Assembly (NCBI GenBank): GCA_951406725.2 | Contig: OX597823.1 | Span: forward strand, 23,808,001 to 23,872,000 | Direction of reading: 5' to 3' | DNA: 64,000 nt | From: Octopus vulgaris | Lineage: Eukaryota | In this document: one piece after another, positions 12,595-25,770 of the stretch | Numbering within the stretch: position 1 is the first letter of the stretch | Layout of the letters: every line of letters begins with the position of its first letter | Position numbers and translations under genes: made by a program | The notes under the pieces: model-generated | Seen by the model: only the letters and a program-made list of their open reading frames with translations | Told to the model about the DNA's origin: nothing | Database searches by the model: none

Positions 12595-12765
12595 TTTACT
12601 CAAAGGTTGACTGTGGATCTCCAAAAGATGTTGTTGATGCATTCAAGTTGTACAATACCACCACCTATCAATCTGAAGTGATCTATACTTGCTCAAATGG
12701 AGAACAACTAAAGTCAGAATGTGAAAAGGACAGTAAATGGACTCCTGTAGCATCTGTTTGTAATG
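12595..12765 (+). CDS. Exon C1: Sushi/CCP module of a CCP-PAN-PAN repeat protein
   Basis: tttccAG|…|GTaacg, 171 nt, phase 1-1. (V)YSKVDCGSPKDVVDAFKLYNTTTYQSEVIYTCSNGEQLKSECEKDSKWTPVASVCN has the CxxP…YxC…C…W…C pattern. Confidence 0.9.
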
Positions 12766-15289
12766 GTAACGTAAATAGTTTCTCTCTTGTCACTGTCTGT
12801 GTAATTTAGTGTAATTTTGTGTGTTAAATGGATTTGTCAGAGAAAGTCTGGTTGATTCCATGACAATTTCCATTGTATTTGTGGCATGTGGGAGGAAGAG
12901 AGGAATCTGGTAGTGTCAGCCCACAAGTCCTCCCCAAATGCTTGCAACAGGGTGGACATGAGTAATTGTACCTAAGGGCCAGGTATTAAATTACGTGATG
13001 GATTAAAGTCTGCCAACTAAACAGTGGAAATGTGGAAGCTTGTTCCCAACAGTAGGGTTCTACACAGATTCCATCTATCAAATTTTTTTTTGCTGTGAAG
13101 CATATTTTTAAGCACATGTTCTATTCCCTCTTCTACCATCCTCCATCCCACCTTTCGTCCTCCCTCACATATCCACCTGCATGCCAACTGCTTCCTTTAT
13201 ATACCAGCCATTTCTAGCTCCCACTGTGTTTTCAAAATTTTGTGAGTTACCCACCTTGCTGCCATCTCCAATCCCCAATTCACTTCACTATAAACACCAC
13301 CCTGTAACTTGGGTGTACGACTCCTGCTTCCCTCTCTGTCACATTTTCATCATCTTTTTCTCTGTTTTCTCTCCCTCATCAGAGGAAGATATGTCTCTTT
13401 TCCAATGCAAGATCCAGTTGAGGGGTCTTATCCTTCAAGTTATTTGGTGGCCTCACTCTGCTGGTGCCATGCATAAATCATCCAGTACACTCTGTAAAGT
13501 GGTTGACATTAGCAAGATTATCCAGCCACAGAGACCATGGTAAAACAGACAGCAGAACTTAGTGTAGTCTTCTGATTTGCCTCTTTCTATTTGACTGTCC
13601 TTTACATAGCAGCATAGAAACTGGATACTAAATGATGATGATTATGATGACAATGACCATGATTCTACTCAGTACCACAAGCTTGTGAAGTAAATTTCTT
13701 AATCTCAAAGTTATACCTGAGTATTTTTATGCAGATCTTCCTTAAATTTCTAACTTGGCCTTTTTCACTTGTACCATGTGTCATCATCCAAAACCTTGTA
13801 CAATATAATGCCTCAAGTCCCACTGTAATTAAGGAAATCCATTGAAATAGGTTTCCAGTGCACTAATGACTATTGTAATCCACCACCCTCAGTTATAATA
13901 AATGCAACTAATAATCACATCTGCTATCTGCCCAAGGCCTGAATTTTTGGTGGAGGGGTCTAATCAATTACATCGATACCTGTGTTCATCTAGAACTTAT
14001 TTTATCAACCCACAAAAGGCTGAAAGACAAATTAAATCTTAGCAGCTCTTGAACTCAGAATGTAAAGCTAGAAGTCAATAGTTTTCAGTGAAACATAATA
14101 GCCTCAGTCCTTCAATGTTTTGACTTTGTCTACCATAAACATATTTTCTTATGGCTTCAAGAATATAATATTAGTGGTTCTAGTTCCATGATAGAATACA
14201 AACGATATACTTTGTAAAATGGCCTGTAAGCAAGCAGAGAGATCATAGTTTTGATACGAACCTTTATTCTTGTCTTGTCAACAATATGACAACAAGCTGT
14301 GTAGTGCAGGTGCCATGAAGACGTACGCTTTGTACCTATCTGTAAAGTAGTTGGTGTTAGGCAGACCATGTAACCAAGAATCCTTGCCACAAAAACATAC
14401 AAGTGAGAAGTGGTTCACCTATTTTGACCATGGTTTGAAGGGGAGTAACTCTGAATAAAATGGACCCAGATGTGATAAGCAGTCCAGCCCAAAACATCAT
14501 CAGGGAAAGTGGACATAATATAATAATGAGGAGATATATACATGTTTATACATACATATATATAAATATATATCTATATATATTTATTGATAATAAACAC
14601 AACTTTATTACCTAGCTTTATCATATTTTCTCCTACATTTGCTCTGTTTATCAAGACTAGCAATAGTACTCAGTTGTTGCTTAATGACTCTATTGGAAAT
14701 AGACTGTACAATGATAATGTACTTGGAGCACTAAATTTTATTGTCACAGTCATCTGTTTTTACACACAGTATATATATATGCATGTGTATATACTGGTCT
14801 AGTGATGCAAGCTGGACAATTGCACTCAAAACATGTATATTTAAAAGTCATTTTTTATGAATATAATGCTATAAAACTTTTTTGCTCCCACACACATATG
14901 TATGTGTGCATATTTCTATAAATATATGCAAATTTATCCATGCATCTTTTCTCCCTACTTTTCCTGGGAAGATCATATAGTGGAATATGCATGCAGATTT
15001 TCCTATTAGAAAAGTAACTGTATGTAGATACTATGACTGGATTCCCAAGCATAACTGACTAAAACTACAGCTATTATCAAACTTTCACATTCTCGATCTG
15101 CCCTTAGTTCTCCTGTTAGTGGCTCAGCTTAAAGAATCCTTTGCATGATCCTTTCCTGTGGCATTCTAAAGACGTGTTTGTAATACCAGAGCTGTGACCT
15201 CTCAGTGTACAGAAGTAGCACCGCAACCTAGAGAGACTCCCTCATCTGAGTTATCTATGTTTTTTTTCATATACCCAGGCCTATTTCCC

Positions 15290-17050
15290 AATTTTTAGGG
15301 GTGGGTATATACAATAAGATACACACGAGGCATTCCATTCATTTCCTATCTTAAAATCACTCACCTCCTCTAACATCACACCATTTATACTCACATGCAT
15401 CCGACCAGCCATTCCGTCTCTTGAACATCTCATCACCTTACTCTTAGCTACATTCACTTTCAGTTTCCTCCTCTCACACACTTGTCAAAACCCTACCACC
15501 GATTCCCCAATTGCCTTTTCGAATCTGCCACCAGTGCTGTATCAACAGCAAACAACAACTTACTCACCTGGTATTTCTCTCCATTTCCTCCCACTATTTG
15601 GGCTCCCCTACCAAAGGCTCTAGTATTTACCTCTTTCACCACACCTTTCTTATATACATTAATCAGCCACTGAGACATCACTCAACCCACTCTGAACTCT
15701 ACCTTCACATCAAATCACTCACTTATTTCACCACTCACCCTAACATATGCTCTACTTTTTCTATAAAAACTCTGTACATCTCTCAGCAATCTACCATCTA
15801 CTCCATACAACCATTACACCTGCCACATTGTATCCCTATCCGCCCGGTCATATGCCTTATGTTGGTCCATAAGAACTGAATACACCTCTCTCCCTTTGGC
15901 CAAAATTTTCTCATACATCTGTCTTGGTAGAAATATTTGATCTGTACACCCCATTCCACTCCTAAAACTGCTCCTCCCCTAGTATGCACTCTGTCATGTT
16001 CCTGAACATTACAATCAGAATTCTCCCATATAGTTTACCAACACACAAGAGACTTGCACCATCAAAATTTCCGTACGAGCATTTATTCCCTTTTCCCTTG
16101 TACAATGGCAATATACAGGCACTGCACCATTCCTCTGGTACTCTTCCAGCCATATAACAAACATTCTTGAGCCTCACTAACCATTCAATCACTGTCACTC
16201 CTCCTTTCTTAAGGCATTCCACTGTAAACTCATCTATACTTCTGGTTTGCCATCTTCCCAAGGATTCCCTCCACTCCTCATTTCCAATTGCACCATAGTT
16301 CCATTCCCTAAAAACAAGCATTCTCCTCTCTCCTCCTACAGCCCTTATACTTGCCTCTCTAACATCCTCCACGTTTAACAGCTCACAAAAATACTCTGTA
16401 CATCTCCTTTGTACATCCTTGCTTCCTTTCAACAAATTTCCATTTACAGCCATCACACTTTCATCCCTTCTTGCAGCTACCTTTTTTACACTCTGTACTT
16501 CTTTCCAAAACATCTTTTTATTTCTTACAAAATGTTTACTCAGCTTTTTCCTGAACCTTTCACTCACCTCCTATTTCGCCACCCTACCACTCACTTTACT
16601 CTCCTCTTCAATTCTTTGTAGTGATCATAAACCTCTCCATCCTTTTTCTACAACCACTCTTCAAAGATCCTTTTCTTCTCTGCCACTGCATCCCTTACCT
16701 GCTCATTACACCAATCACTACCTTTCCTCACAGCCATTCCAACCACTTGTGTACCATATACCTCAGAGGCACATCTCATTACTGCCTTTCTAAAAGCCTG
16801 CTCCACATCTACCTCCCATTTCTTAACCTGTTCATATTCACCTCTCAGTTTCTCTACCTACTCTTGCTCCTGCTCTCGCCCATCCTGTTCACTCATCTTC
16901 ACAACCTCTCTCCTCCCTGTCACTCATCTAACAACCCTGCATTATATAAGCTGTCAATTAATGCCATTCTGAAAATCTATTGGAGGGACAACAAATTTCT
17001 TTTTCTTCCCATTGGTACCCTATTATTCATTAACGAACATGAACACCAGT
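15290..17050 (-). mobile_element. Degenerate RTE-clade LINE of a second family (no PHD)
   Basis: CLKKGGVTVIEWLVRL…ACILPLYKGKG, LLFAVDTALVADS (FADD decayed) and CERRKLKVNVAKSKVMRCSR. Confidence 0.85.
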
Positions 17051-17252
17051 GAAGACAGGCATGATGCCTAAAGGGAAGTTAGGTTCTTTGATCAAACTCT
17101 CCTTTTCTGCAGACTGAAAGAAATTCAAATGACAGCGAGATCTATCTGTGACCCATGTCCCACTAAGTATCTTTTAGTCCATGTTTATCTCCCCATTCTC
17201 TCCCACCTCATACATATGCAGCATTGGTAAACATCACAGTTTTCAATTACAG

Positions 17253-17423
17253 ATTATGCGCAAATAAATTGTGGAACTCCAAAAGATATTGATACTGCAT
17301 CAAAGTCATATAAAACCACCACCTATAAATCTGAAGTGACCTATACTTGCCCAAAGGGAGAAAAACTAAAGTCAACATGTGAAAAGGGCAACAAATGGAC
17401 TCCAGTAGCTACTGCTTGTAAAG
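17253..17423 (+). CDS. Exon C2: Sushi/CCP module (not in the ORF track)
   Basis: ttacAG|…|GTaatg, 171 nt, phase 1-1. DYAQINCGTPKDIDTASKSYKTTTYKSEVTYTCPKGEKLKSTCEKGNKWTPVATACK. Confidence 0.9.
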
Positions 17424-17708
17424 GTAATGTAAATATCTTCTCTCCTGTTGTCTTGATCTGTCCATTTATATTTGATTTTTGCATTAAATCTTTTTATTAG
17501 AAAAAGACTGGTTAACTCCATGACAATTTCCATGGTGTTTTTGGTTGGTGAGAGGAAGAGAAGGAACTGTCCTCAGACCAGAGACCTCTCCATATGCTTG
17601 CAACAGACTGAAATCCATAAATAGTAGCCAAGGGCCTGGTAATGCTATTAAATTGGGTAATTTGAACTGATAGACTAAAGAGTGTGAATACCCACTGTGA
17701 AAGAAATG

Positions 17709-18276
17709 TATTGGATCGTCTGGAAATTTCGTGCCGATTTATAGTAGCTTACATTTTTACTTATTTTAGAACATGGTTGAGTCCATAAAATAGGATTTGA
17801 CTACATCTCCATTTAGAGCACAGTTTAAGCTATCTTTTCATAGAAGACAGTTTATGGTCCTATAATCTGTGTTAATTCTGTAACCCTTTAAAATAGAAGA
17901 TAAGAAACTTCATTTTCGGCACTTGATGCTTTGGGAACCAGACAAAAATTGCTGCAGCTTGGCTGGGATGTGTTACTCCACCCTCTAATTTCACCAGATA
18001 TTGCTCCTTCCAAAGTCCACTTATTCGGGTCTCTGTAGAATAGTCTTAATGGTAAATTTCAATTCCTTGGATGACGTAAAAAGATACCTTGATGAATTCT
18101 TTGCCATGAAACGACCTCAATTCTGGGAAGAGGGTATTTTTAAGTTAGAGGGAAGATGGAGACGCATTGTCCAACAAAGTGGTTCATATTTGGTTGATTA
18201 AAAATGTAATGGCAAGTATTTATTGATATTTTTTTTTCCTTTAAAATTTGGCACAATCTTTCCGGACAAGCCAATA
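17709..18276 (+). mobile_element. Internally deleted mariner element with both TIRs and TA target sites
   Basis: TA-TTGGATCGTCTGGAAATTTCGTGCCGATTT … AAATTTGGCACAATCTTTCCGGACAAGCCAA-TA. The N-terminal EDKKLHFRHLMLWE is fused to RQKLLQLGWDVLLHP…SPDIAPS and a C-terminal RWRRIVQQSGSYLVD*. Confidence 0.85.
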
Positions 18277-19844
18277 CTTCAAGTGCACTCTGATCCTCTT
18301 CCTCATCGTCATCATCATCATCATCATGTAATGCTCATTTTCCAAGCTGACATGGATTGAAGTGTTTGACAGGTTTCAATGGTCCACAGGATTGCATGAG
18401 GCCCAAATGTCACTTCTGGCATGGTTTCTGTTGCTTGATGCACTTCCTAGCACCAACCACTTTACAGTATGTACTGGGTGGTGCTTTCTTTCATGAAACT
18501 GGCATTAGTGAGGTCAGGCAAAAGTATGACAAAGAGACAAGCACAGATATCTTACTATAGAGGAAATACATGGCCACCCCAGTTTTGCAAGGGTGGGTGA
18601 GAGTAGTTCGAAGGGAGAAAATGATTGTGGTGACAGATATCCTGATCATACTTTCTAGGTGCAAGAAGGTGAGTATCAGGCAGAATATAACAAGGTGGAA
18701 AGAAAAGTGTGGATAAATTAATATAAGTATGGTGGGAGAGTTATAAAAATAGTTAGAGATTGGGCTATAGGTGGATGGAGTGAGTGATGAGAAAGAGTGA
18801 AGCTGTGGTTGATGGAGGGGGAGGTTAATGAAATCACTGAGGTTAATGAAAGCACAGGAGAGGAGTAATTGGTGGAAAGTAGTATGACAGGGATGATTAT
18901 GAGAGAGAGATAACTGGTAGTGACAAAGTGAGGATAAAAAATGTGCTGATTCTGTATCTCAAATGATTTCAGCTGCTTAATAGTGACATGTAAAACTGAA
19001 CATAAAGATGAAAATAATGTGACAATCCTCTTGAATGTAAAAGAATCTCTTTGCACAGGCCAGTGGAAGACTTCTATCATCAAATGTTCAGTCTGAGCTT
19101 CAAGGGCAAGTTTCCTCTCCAATTATTGTTCCTGTGCTACATGTTTATGCACAGTAATCTCCATTAACTCTAACCATTTTTGCCACTTTTTTACATTCAG
19201 TACTTTCCTCTCTTCTCTAAAAGTGCAAATTTGAGTGAGAGATTGATGAAAGAATGTCAATTTCTGTTATCTGATCTTTCAGCTCACAATGTCTTGAGCT
19301 ATAGCTTCAGATCAAGTAAGACTGCCTTCTCTGCCCAGTTAATGAAGGGTTTGGGGCAACCACCTTGGATTTCTTTGATTCTGTGATTGAATGTTTATGT
19401 GAAGAGTGGGGCTGAGCTATCCACTAATCACCACCTAGCTGTCTACAACCTGAGACTACAATAGACAGAACTCACAAGACTGATAAGACCAGGTGATTTA
19501 CAGAATAAAGTGGGGACCTTTGTCGAATGATGGGATTAGAAACAAATATGTAGACAACAATTTCTGTTGTTGGTTATGGTGATGTATTCACATGATCATT
19601 CTAGCATCAGACAAAATGTGTAGTGGTATTTTTCTAATTCTTTAACTTCTGACTATAAATCCTGCTAATGATAATGTTGCTTTTCCAGGGCAATAAAATG
19701 TAGGGACCAGTCTAATTTTATTGGTCTCACCAGGGCCAAATAAATTAATTAATTTCTGCCTCAAACTTTTGACCTTCTTTTTATGTGAGAAATTTATAGT
19801 ATTGTTGTTATTTTTCATTCTTCTCAATTATATTTTGACTCTAG

Positions 19845-20081
19845 ATGTTCAGATCCATTTTGTGAAAGTAAAAAATGCAACTCTGGATGTAACAGTAAAA
19901 ACATTATGGAGTAAGAAAAAAGTAACAACAGATGCATGTGCTGAAAAATGTTTTTCTGACAAAACTTGTGCATCATTTGAAATAGAAAAAACAAGTGGAC
20001 TCTGTTACTTATCAAAACAAACTGCAACATCCTCCAAAATAAAAACAGACCAAAGCAGAGATTACTACCAACGAGTAAAAT
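19845..20081 (+). CDS. Exon A1: PAN/apple-type module (subtype A)
   Basis: ctAG|…T|GTaatt, 237 nt, phase 1-1. DVQIHFVKVKNATLDV…DACAEKCFSDKTCASFEIEKTSGLCYLSK…RDYYQRVK has the Cx3Cx5C…F…CxL…DYY PAN signature. Confidence 0.9.
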
Positions 20082-20609
20082 GTAATTATTCTTTGTATTT
20101 TATTATTGGAATTCTCTTTTCTATTTTTTTTTTCTGATATTTCTGATTCCATTCCTGCTACATAGTATATATACACAACCATCTCTTTAAAGATATTGAG
20201 AAAGTTACTCATATGGACAGACATAAAGACATAGCTGCAAAAGAAAAAGAAAAAAAAGAAAGAAAGCAGTACAAAGAAGTGTAAATACTGCTAGGGTATT
20301 CCAATATGGCAATTGTTCAACTTGAACACTTTTAATACTATTTTCATTTTCTTTTTATCTGCTTTCATGTTTTTTTGAATATTTCAATTATTAAACAGTG
20401 GACATGCTGGTGTAATGTCTTGAAGGGCTGATTTGAATAAATCAACTCCAGAACTACTGTTTTTTTAAAGACCTGGTACTTCTTTTATTAGTCTGTTTTG
20501 CAGGGATGTAAAGAAGCTAACAACTGTTGTCCAGCAGTGAGGGTAGGGTTCAAACTCAGACACAGTCACGCATATGCATATATAGATGAATAAATAAATA
20601 GATAGTGAT

Positions 20610-21372
20610 TTCTGGGTAGGACAGCCTGGCCATGTGGCACTAATTTCTGCCTAGTCTTCAAAGGAACATGCAGTCTAGCATTATCATTATGTAAGATGTC
20701 ACATTTTTGGTTGTCTTCTTTAATTGGTTTTTGTTGGGAACAATAATAGTCTGAATTTAATGTCTGATTTTGTGGAAGTAGCTCAGAATGCAAATGCCAT
20801 CCAATCCCACCAGATACAGAGCATCATCTTCCTTGGATACAGACCAGCTTTTGGAGAGATTTAAGGCAGTTCATCTCATTTTCCCCAAGATCTTTCTAAT
20901 TTTATGCTGTAAATAATCCATTTGTCTTAACCCATGATCATTCTTTTAAAATGTGGATCCTTTTTGTTTCGTCTGAGCAGAGAATCCCAGATGGAACATT
21001 CACCATTTTCCAGGTCAAAATTTTCAGTTGTAAACCTATTGAACCACTCACGAACAGTACTTTTATCTATGACATCATTTCCATACACAACACATATCTT
21101 CTGTGTTGTTTATGTAGTGTTTTAGCCTTTCAAGAAATAAAAGAGCATTAAATGATGAAGATGAATTTCATTTTCCTTCATTTTCAATTTTATCATAAAA
21201 ACAGTGGAAGTAAATAATCCACACAACATTCAAAAAGAAACATGAGTTAAGATCTCCACTTTCTGAATATATACATATCTTATATTTTCTTGTCACATGA
21301 TAAAACAGATCACATAATTAAAATTAAGCATCACCAATTGAAAAACGCTATGTACATTTTTACCAGCCCAAT
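20610..21372 (-). mobile_element. Decayed mariner element
   Basis: The minus strand gives ELLPQNQTLNSDYYCSQ…ILHNDNARLHVPLKTRQKL. TIR-like end …ACATTTTTACCAGCCCAA-TA. Confidence 0.75.
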
Positions 21373-21739
21373 ATATATAACCATACATGCATATACATAC
21401 ACACATGCACACATATATATTCTCCAAATCATGGGGACTCCTTTGAAGAGAGCCTATAAATATGGAAGAAGTGTTATCCAGAATTGATGGCAGCTTTCAC
21501 ACTCATCTTTGAAGAGTCTTCAACCTTCCTAATGTCAAATACCCTGGAGGCTGTCTCGTAGGTATGTCACTGCATGAACAGAGGCAAACAGCATTTCTGT
21601 TTGATCTCACAAACATGCTTTTTTATTGAGCTAATAGTGTTCCACACCACCAAGGGGAAAAAGTATACTGGACCTCTGCTTCACAAATAATGTGGTGCTC
21701 ATCCATAATGTTAAGGGGACACAGTTCTCTTATAACTTA

Positions 21740-23100
21740 ATAGAAGTAATAGTGTATGGTCCACAGAAAACTGCAGCATGCAGGTTACTAGAAGCACTCA
21801 TCTTGAAACATTCTTAGGAATATCTCACACTTTAGTACTAATGGGAGACTGGAATAGTATTTTGGATGCACGGAAGGATTGTGTTAGTTTAGTACAATGC
21901 AGAAATGTATGTAAAAGCCTTGGAAACCTCAAAAATTTCCAGTTATCTGATAGGTACTGACTGGATTTCTCTGATGTGCATGTGTGGACATGGAGCAACT
22001 ACAACATGTGATCCAGATAATATTTAGATAGAGCATTTGTTAGCTCAGAAGATTAAGAATAATGTAGGTTGTCCACAATTTCGATTGATCAGCAGTACAG
22101 ATTGCAAATTTGTGATATGCACATTCAGTTTACATAGGACGCATAGAGAAGGACCCATTTACTGGAAGTTCAATGCATAATTACCAGCATGCAAAGACTA
22201 CAGGGACTGGATTAGCAAACTATTTAAGTGGCAGTTGAATGGGACTGCCATCAACAACTGGTGGTGGGTTGCCCTGAGAAGGGTAGTTAGGGTAGAATTA
22301 ATGATATTTAGCAATGCAAGAAATAGATTAGAGGGAGCACTAGTTGTCAAACTAGCAGTGGCAATTACTAAAGGCATCATGACTGATAAGTTAGCAGTGA
22401 GAATGTGGCGAAACATAAAGGATACATTTTTAGACCCAGTGCTCATGCACTCAATTATGAAGGAACTAAAGCAGTCCAGTGGGCCTGAACAGTAGAGATG
22501 GGATGTGGCAACAAAACCATGATCAGGTCTTTGATGGATCAAGACAGGCTTGTGCTACTTGGTTTCAAGCAGATGTGTGCAGCTTTCCTGCTGAACTTTG
22601 CATGGCTGTTTGGGGAGGGTGATGGGTTGACAATGGTAGCAGGCTTTAGTTCATATCTGGATGGCCTACCTTGGCTTTTTTTACTGAATGCCATATTCTG
22701 CAGAAAGCCAATAATGGCTGAAATATGGCAGGTGATGATTCATTACACAAGTCGCATATCACTCGGTTCAGATGATCTGCCCCATGAATTCTATGTATTC
22801 AGGCCATAGTTGTTCAGTAGTTTCTTTGCAGTCATCTACTGTAACTGGCAGCAGAATGGGAGAATCCCTAGAGATGTTAGCTGGGGTGTGGTAGCATTTG
22901 TGAGAAAGGATGCTGACAGTAAGGATCTACCAGAAAATTTTTGACCCACTGCTCTGTTAAACACAGTTTAAATTTTTAGCCAAGGTTTTAGTGAAAAGGT
23001 TGGTGCTTGTCATTGGTAGTCTGGTCAGGAAGCATAAACATGCACAATCCCAAACAAGTCAATCCATGACAATCTCCACCTTCTGTGATACATCATAGAT
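21740..23100 (+). mobile_element. Tx1/L1-clade LINE remnant (APE to the start of RT)
   Basis: LVLMGDWNSILDA, YLDRAFV, GPIYWKFNA, SLGSDDLPHEFY and TCTIPNKSIHDNLHLL in broken frames. Confidence 0.75.
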
Positions 23101-23891
23101 ATGAGCTGGCAGAACAGTTAGCACACTGTGTGAAATGCTTAAGAGAATATCATATGTCCTTATGCCTATTCTTCCTTTTGGTGTCGATAAAATAATTGCC
23201 AGTGGTGCACTGGGGTCAATGTAATCAAATATCCCCTCCCACAAAGTTTAGGTCATGTGCTTGTTGGGGGGAAAAGATTATGATTATTATTTATCATCAA
23301 AACTCATCATCATTATTATTTCATAGATATTTTTAAATATTTGATAATTAGAAGTACAAATAAATGAAGTTTTGAGTAAAATATCTTGTGATTTGTTGTG
23401 TAAAGGGACAAGCAAATCCATCCAGAAAATAGTTTTTCCAGTATAAAACTCCCTTCTCAGAAGTAATGTGAAATCCAGTACATCATGAGACATGTTTCAA
23501 TCTTTACCTCGGAGCTTTGGTTGTAAAATATTGATTTGTACATCCCTCTCTCCCTTGGTGTGTTTTCATTTAAAATTGAATGGCCACAACAACACTGGAT
23601 ACATTGGGGAACTACCAGTTTAGTGGGGTGTTGACCCCCTACAAAATTGCACCATTGGAAGAGAGATGTTCAAATGCATTGTACAAACCCAATTATTGAG
23701 ACAAGGTTTCAAATATGTCTGAAAATGTTCTACTACTTGTATGCATTCTGATTAGTGTGTCATTTTGTGAATCAATTATTTGTTCATGATAAAATTATAC
23801 CCTGTTTGCCTCAAAATATTCATTATGTGTGTGTTTTTTTGTGGATGTGTGAGCATAAAATGTATTTCTTGGTTTCTATTTCTTTTCCCAG

Positions 23892-24122
23892 CTGACACCC
23901 CTTTGAAGCTTAAGAAAGTTAGCATACCACAGAAGAATACTTTACAACAGCTTAAACAGAAGACCTTAACTGAATGTAATGAAGCTTGTCAACAATATGA
24001 AGGATGTAATTCTTATGAGTACAATGACCAGGATAAACTGTGTGGTCTGAGCGATGTGACACAATTGACTAGTGAACTTAAACCCGACGATGGAAATTGG
24101 GATGTTTATCTCATGAGTCCAG
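23892..24122 (+). CDS. Exon B1: PAN module (subtype B)
   Basis: ttcccAG|…CCAG|GTcagt, 231 nt, phase 1-1. SDTPLKLKKVSI…TECNEACQQYEGCNSYEYNDQDKLCGLS…WDVYLMSP. Confidence 0.9.
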
Positions 24123-24667
24123 GTCAGTAGAGTATTTCTTTTTTATTTATATGTTCTTAATCCTGTATCTATTTACACGTATGCATCTGTGGGAATATAA
24201 TATATACAGTGTACAATATATACAGAATATAGTATATACAGTGATTATTTGTTGTTTGGCATTTACGGTCCCGGTTATTCGTGGGACCAATAATTGTTCA
24301 CAGTAATCACCACATATTTGTGGAATTGTAAATATTGTCTGTGATGTTTTATTGCATTTTCCATGGTAATATATACTTTCTCACACTTGTTAAGGCTAAA
24401 TTATTAATAATATTGGATCATATTTGCAAGTTTTCTGGACACCCCTTCACAGCTGAAGATCCCTCTGATTAGAATTACTGCGCATCAAGTCGCTTGATAT
24501 TTTTTTTAATACAAGTACGCTGTATCTTGTATGTCTTATTCTTGCTTTCAATGAAAGCTTGCTAATTCGTATAGTGACATCTATTTATATTTGATGCATA
24601 CACTCTCTCTCTCTCTCTCACACTGTATTTGTCTCTCAACAACAACAACCTATCAATGTAGTGAAAG

Positions 24668-24701
<34 letters not shown>

Positions 24702-24989
24702 GAGGTGGGCATTGTTAATTGAAAAATTAACTTCGTTCAGCATGAAACCATCAATTCTTTGCAAATTTAACAGAAGTTAACTTTAATCCATTAACGTTAG
24801 CTTTCATTGAAAAAGGCATATCTACATTTTAATACCTCACTGACTGTGTTGCCTCATAACTTCCAGAAAAATGGATACTTTTTAATGAAACCTAATTGCT
24901 TATAACCTGTAGAATGGGAGGTGAAGATTTATTGGAAACAAATTTTTTTAGGGGTTAGAGACTGTCACTACATATACCTGATGATTGTA

Positions 24990-25770
24990 TAATGCATGAT
25001 ATCACCCACATCAAAATCAGTTGTCCGAAAATGTCATCACAGTATTATCTACTGATGAGACATGATATTGTAGCTATGACACTCTACAATGGAATCTTTT
25101 GGCAGGATAACCCTGAGGAGAAAGAAATAAGAACCCACTGTATGGTAGAATCCATAACCACTCTTAAGAAAAAGGAGCATTGATGGAATGTCCCAGTAAA
25201 GACCTCAATGAACTCTAAGCACAACAGACCTGATATAATGATTTGGGATAGAGAAGAGAAATTGCATACAGTTGTGGAAATTAGCTGCCTACCAGATGTT
25301 AACATAAAGCTGAAAATCAGTGAAGAAGAGAATATCTATACTGAACTATTGAGAAATTTGCAGTTACACTATCCAGATTACAACTTCAGGCTTATGACTG
25401 TAATTACTGGGGCCCTGGCATATGTAACACTCTCTAAATACCATTTGTGTGAAATTAGGCTTCTCAAAACCAGGAAGCAGAAAGCTAATTCGAAGACTAC
25501 AGATCCAATCCATCACTGGAACAGTAACAATCTGTAAAACTTTCCAGAAGTTTATCATTTAAATATATATCAACATGTCTAGATATGCAAGTATATGCAT
25601 GAGAATACATGCATAAAACAAAACATATGAATCTGCACATATACATATATACAAACAAAAATACTCGGTTGTTAATGTTGAAATTCCAATGAAGGAGTCT
25701 TGGATCGAGGTTAGAAACTGGCTCTTTCTCTATTGGCAAGAAATCTTGAAATAAAACTTAACAATGACAT
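24990..25770 (+). mobile_element. RLE-type non-LTR retrotransposon 3' end
   Basis: HIKISCPKMSSQYYLLMRHDIV (end of the knuckle) and KHNRPDIMIWDREEK…VVEISC…KISEEENIY (PD-(D/E)xK-like RLE), followed by a 3' UTR shared with other copies. Confidence 0.8.

Noticed and set aside
20075-20080. Alternative donor CGA|GTAAAA in exons A1 and A3
   Set aside because: It would be phase 0 and break the frame. A2 has ATAAAA at this position, so the conserved GTAATT donor is preferred.
24445-24560. Plus-strand CTGAAGA after a GGTCCC/GGGACC hairpin region
   Set aside because: No properly placed stem II and GAAA could be built.
24699-24960. CAGAGGTGGGC start resembling a hAT TIR
   Set aside because: No matching opposite TIR or 8-bp TSD found.
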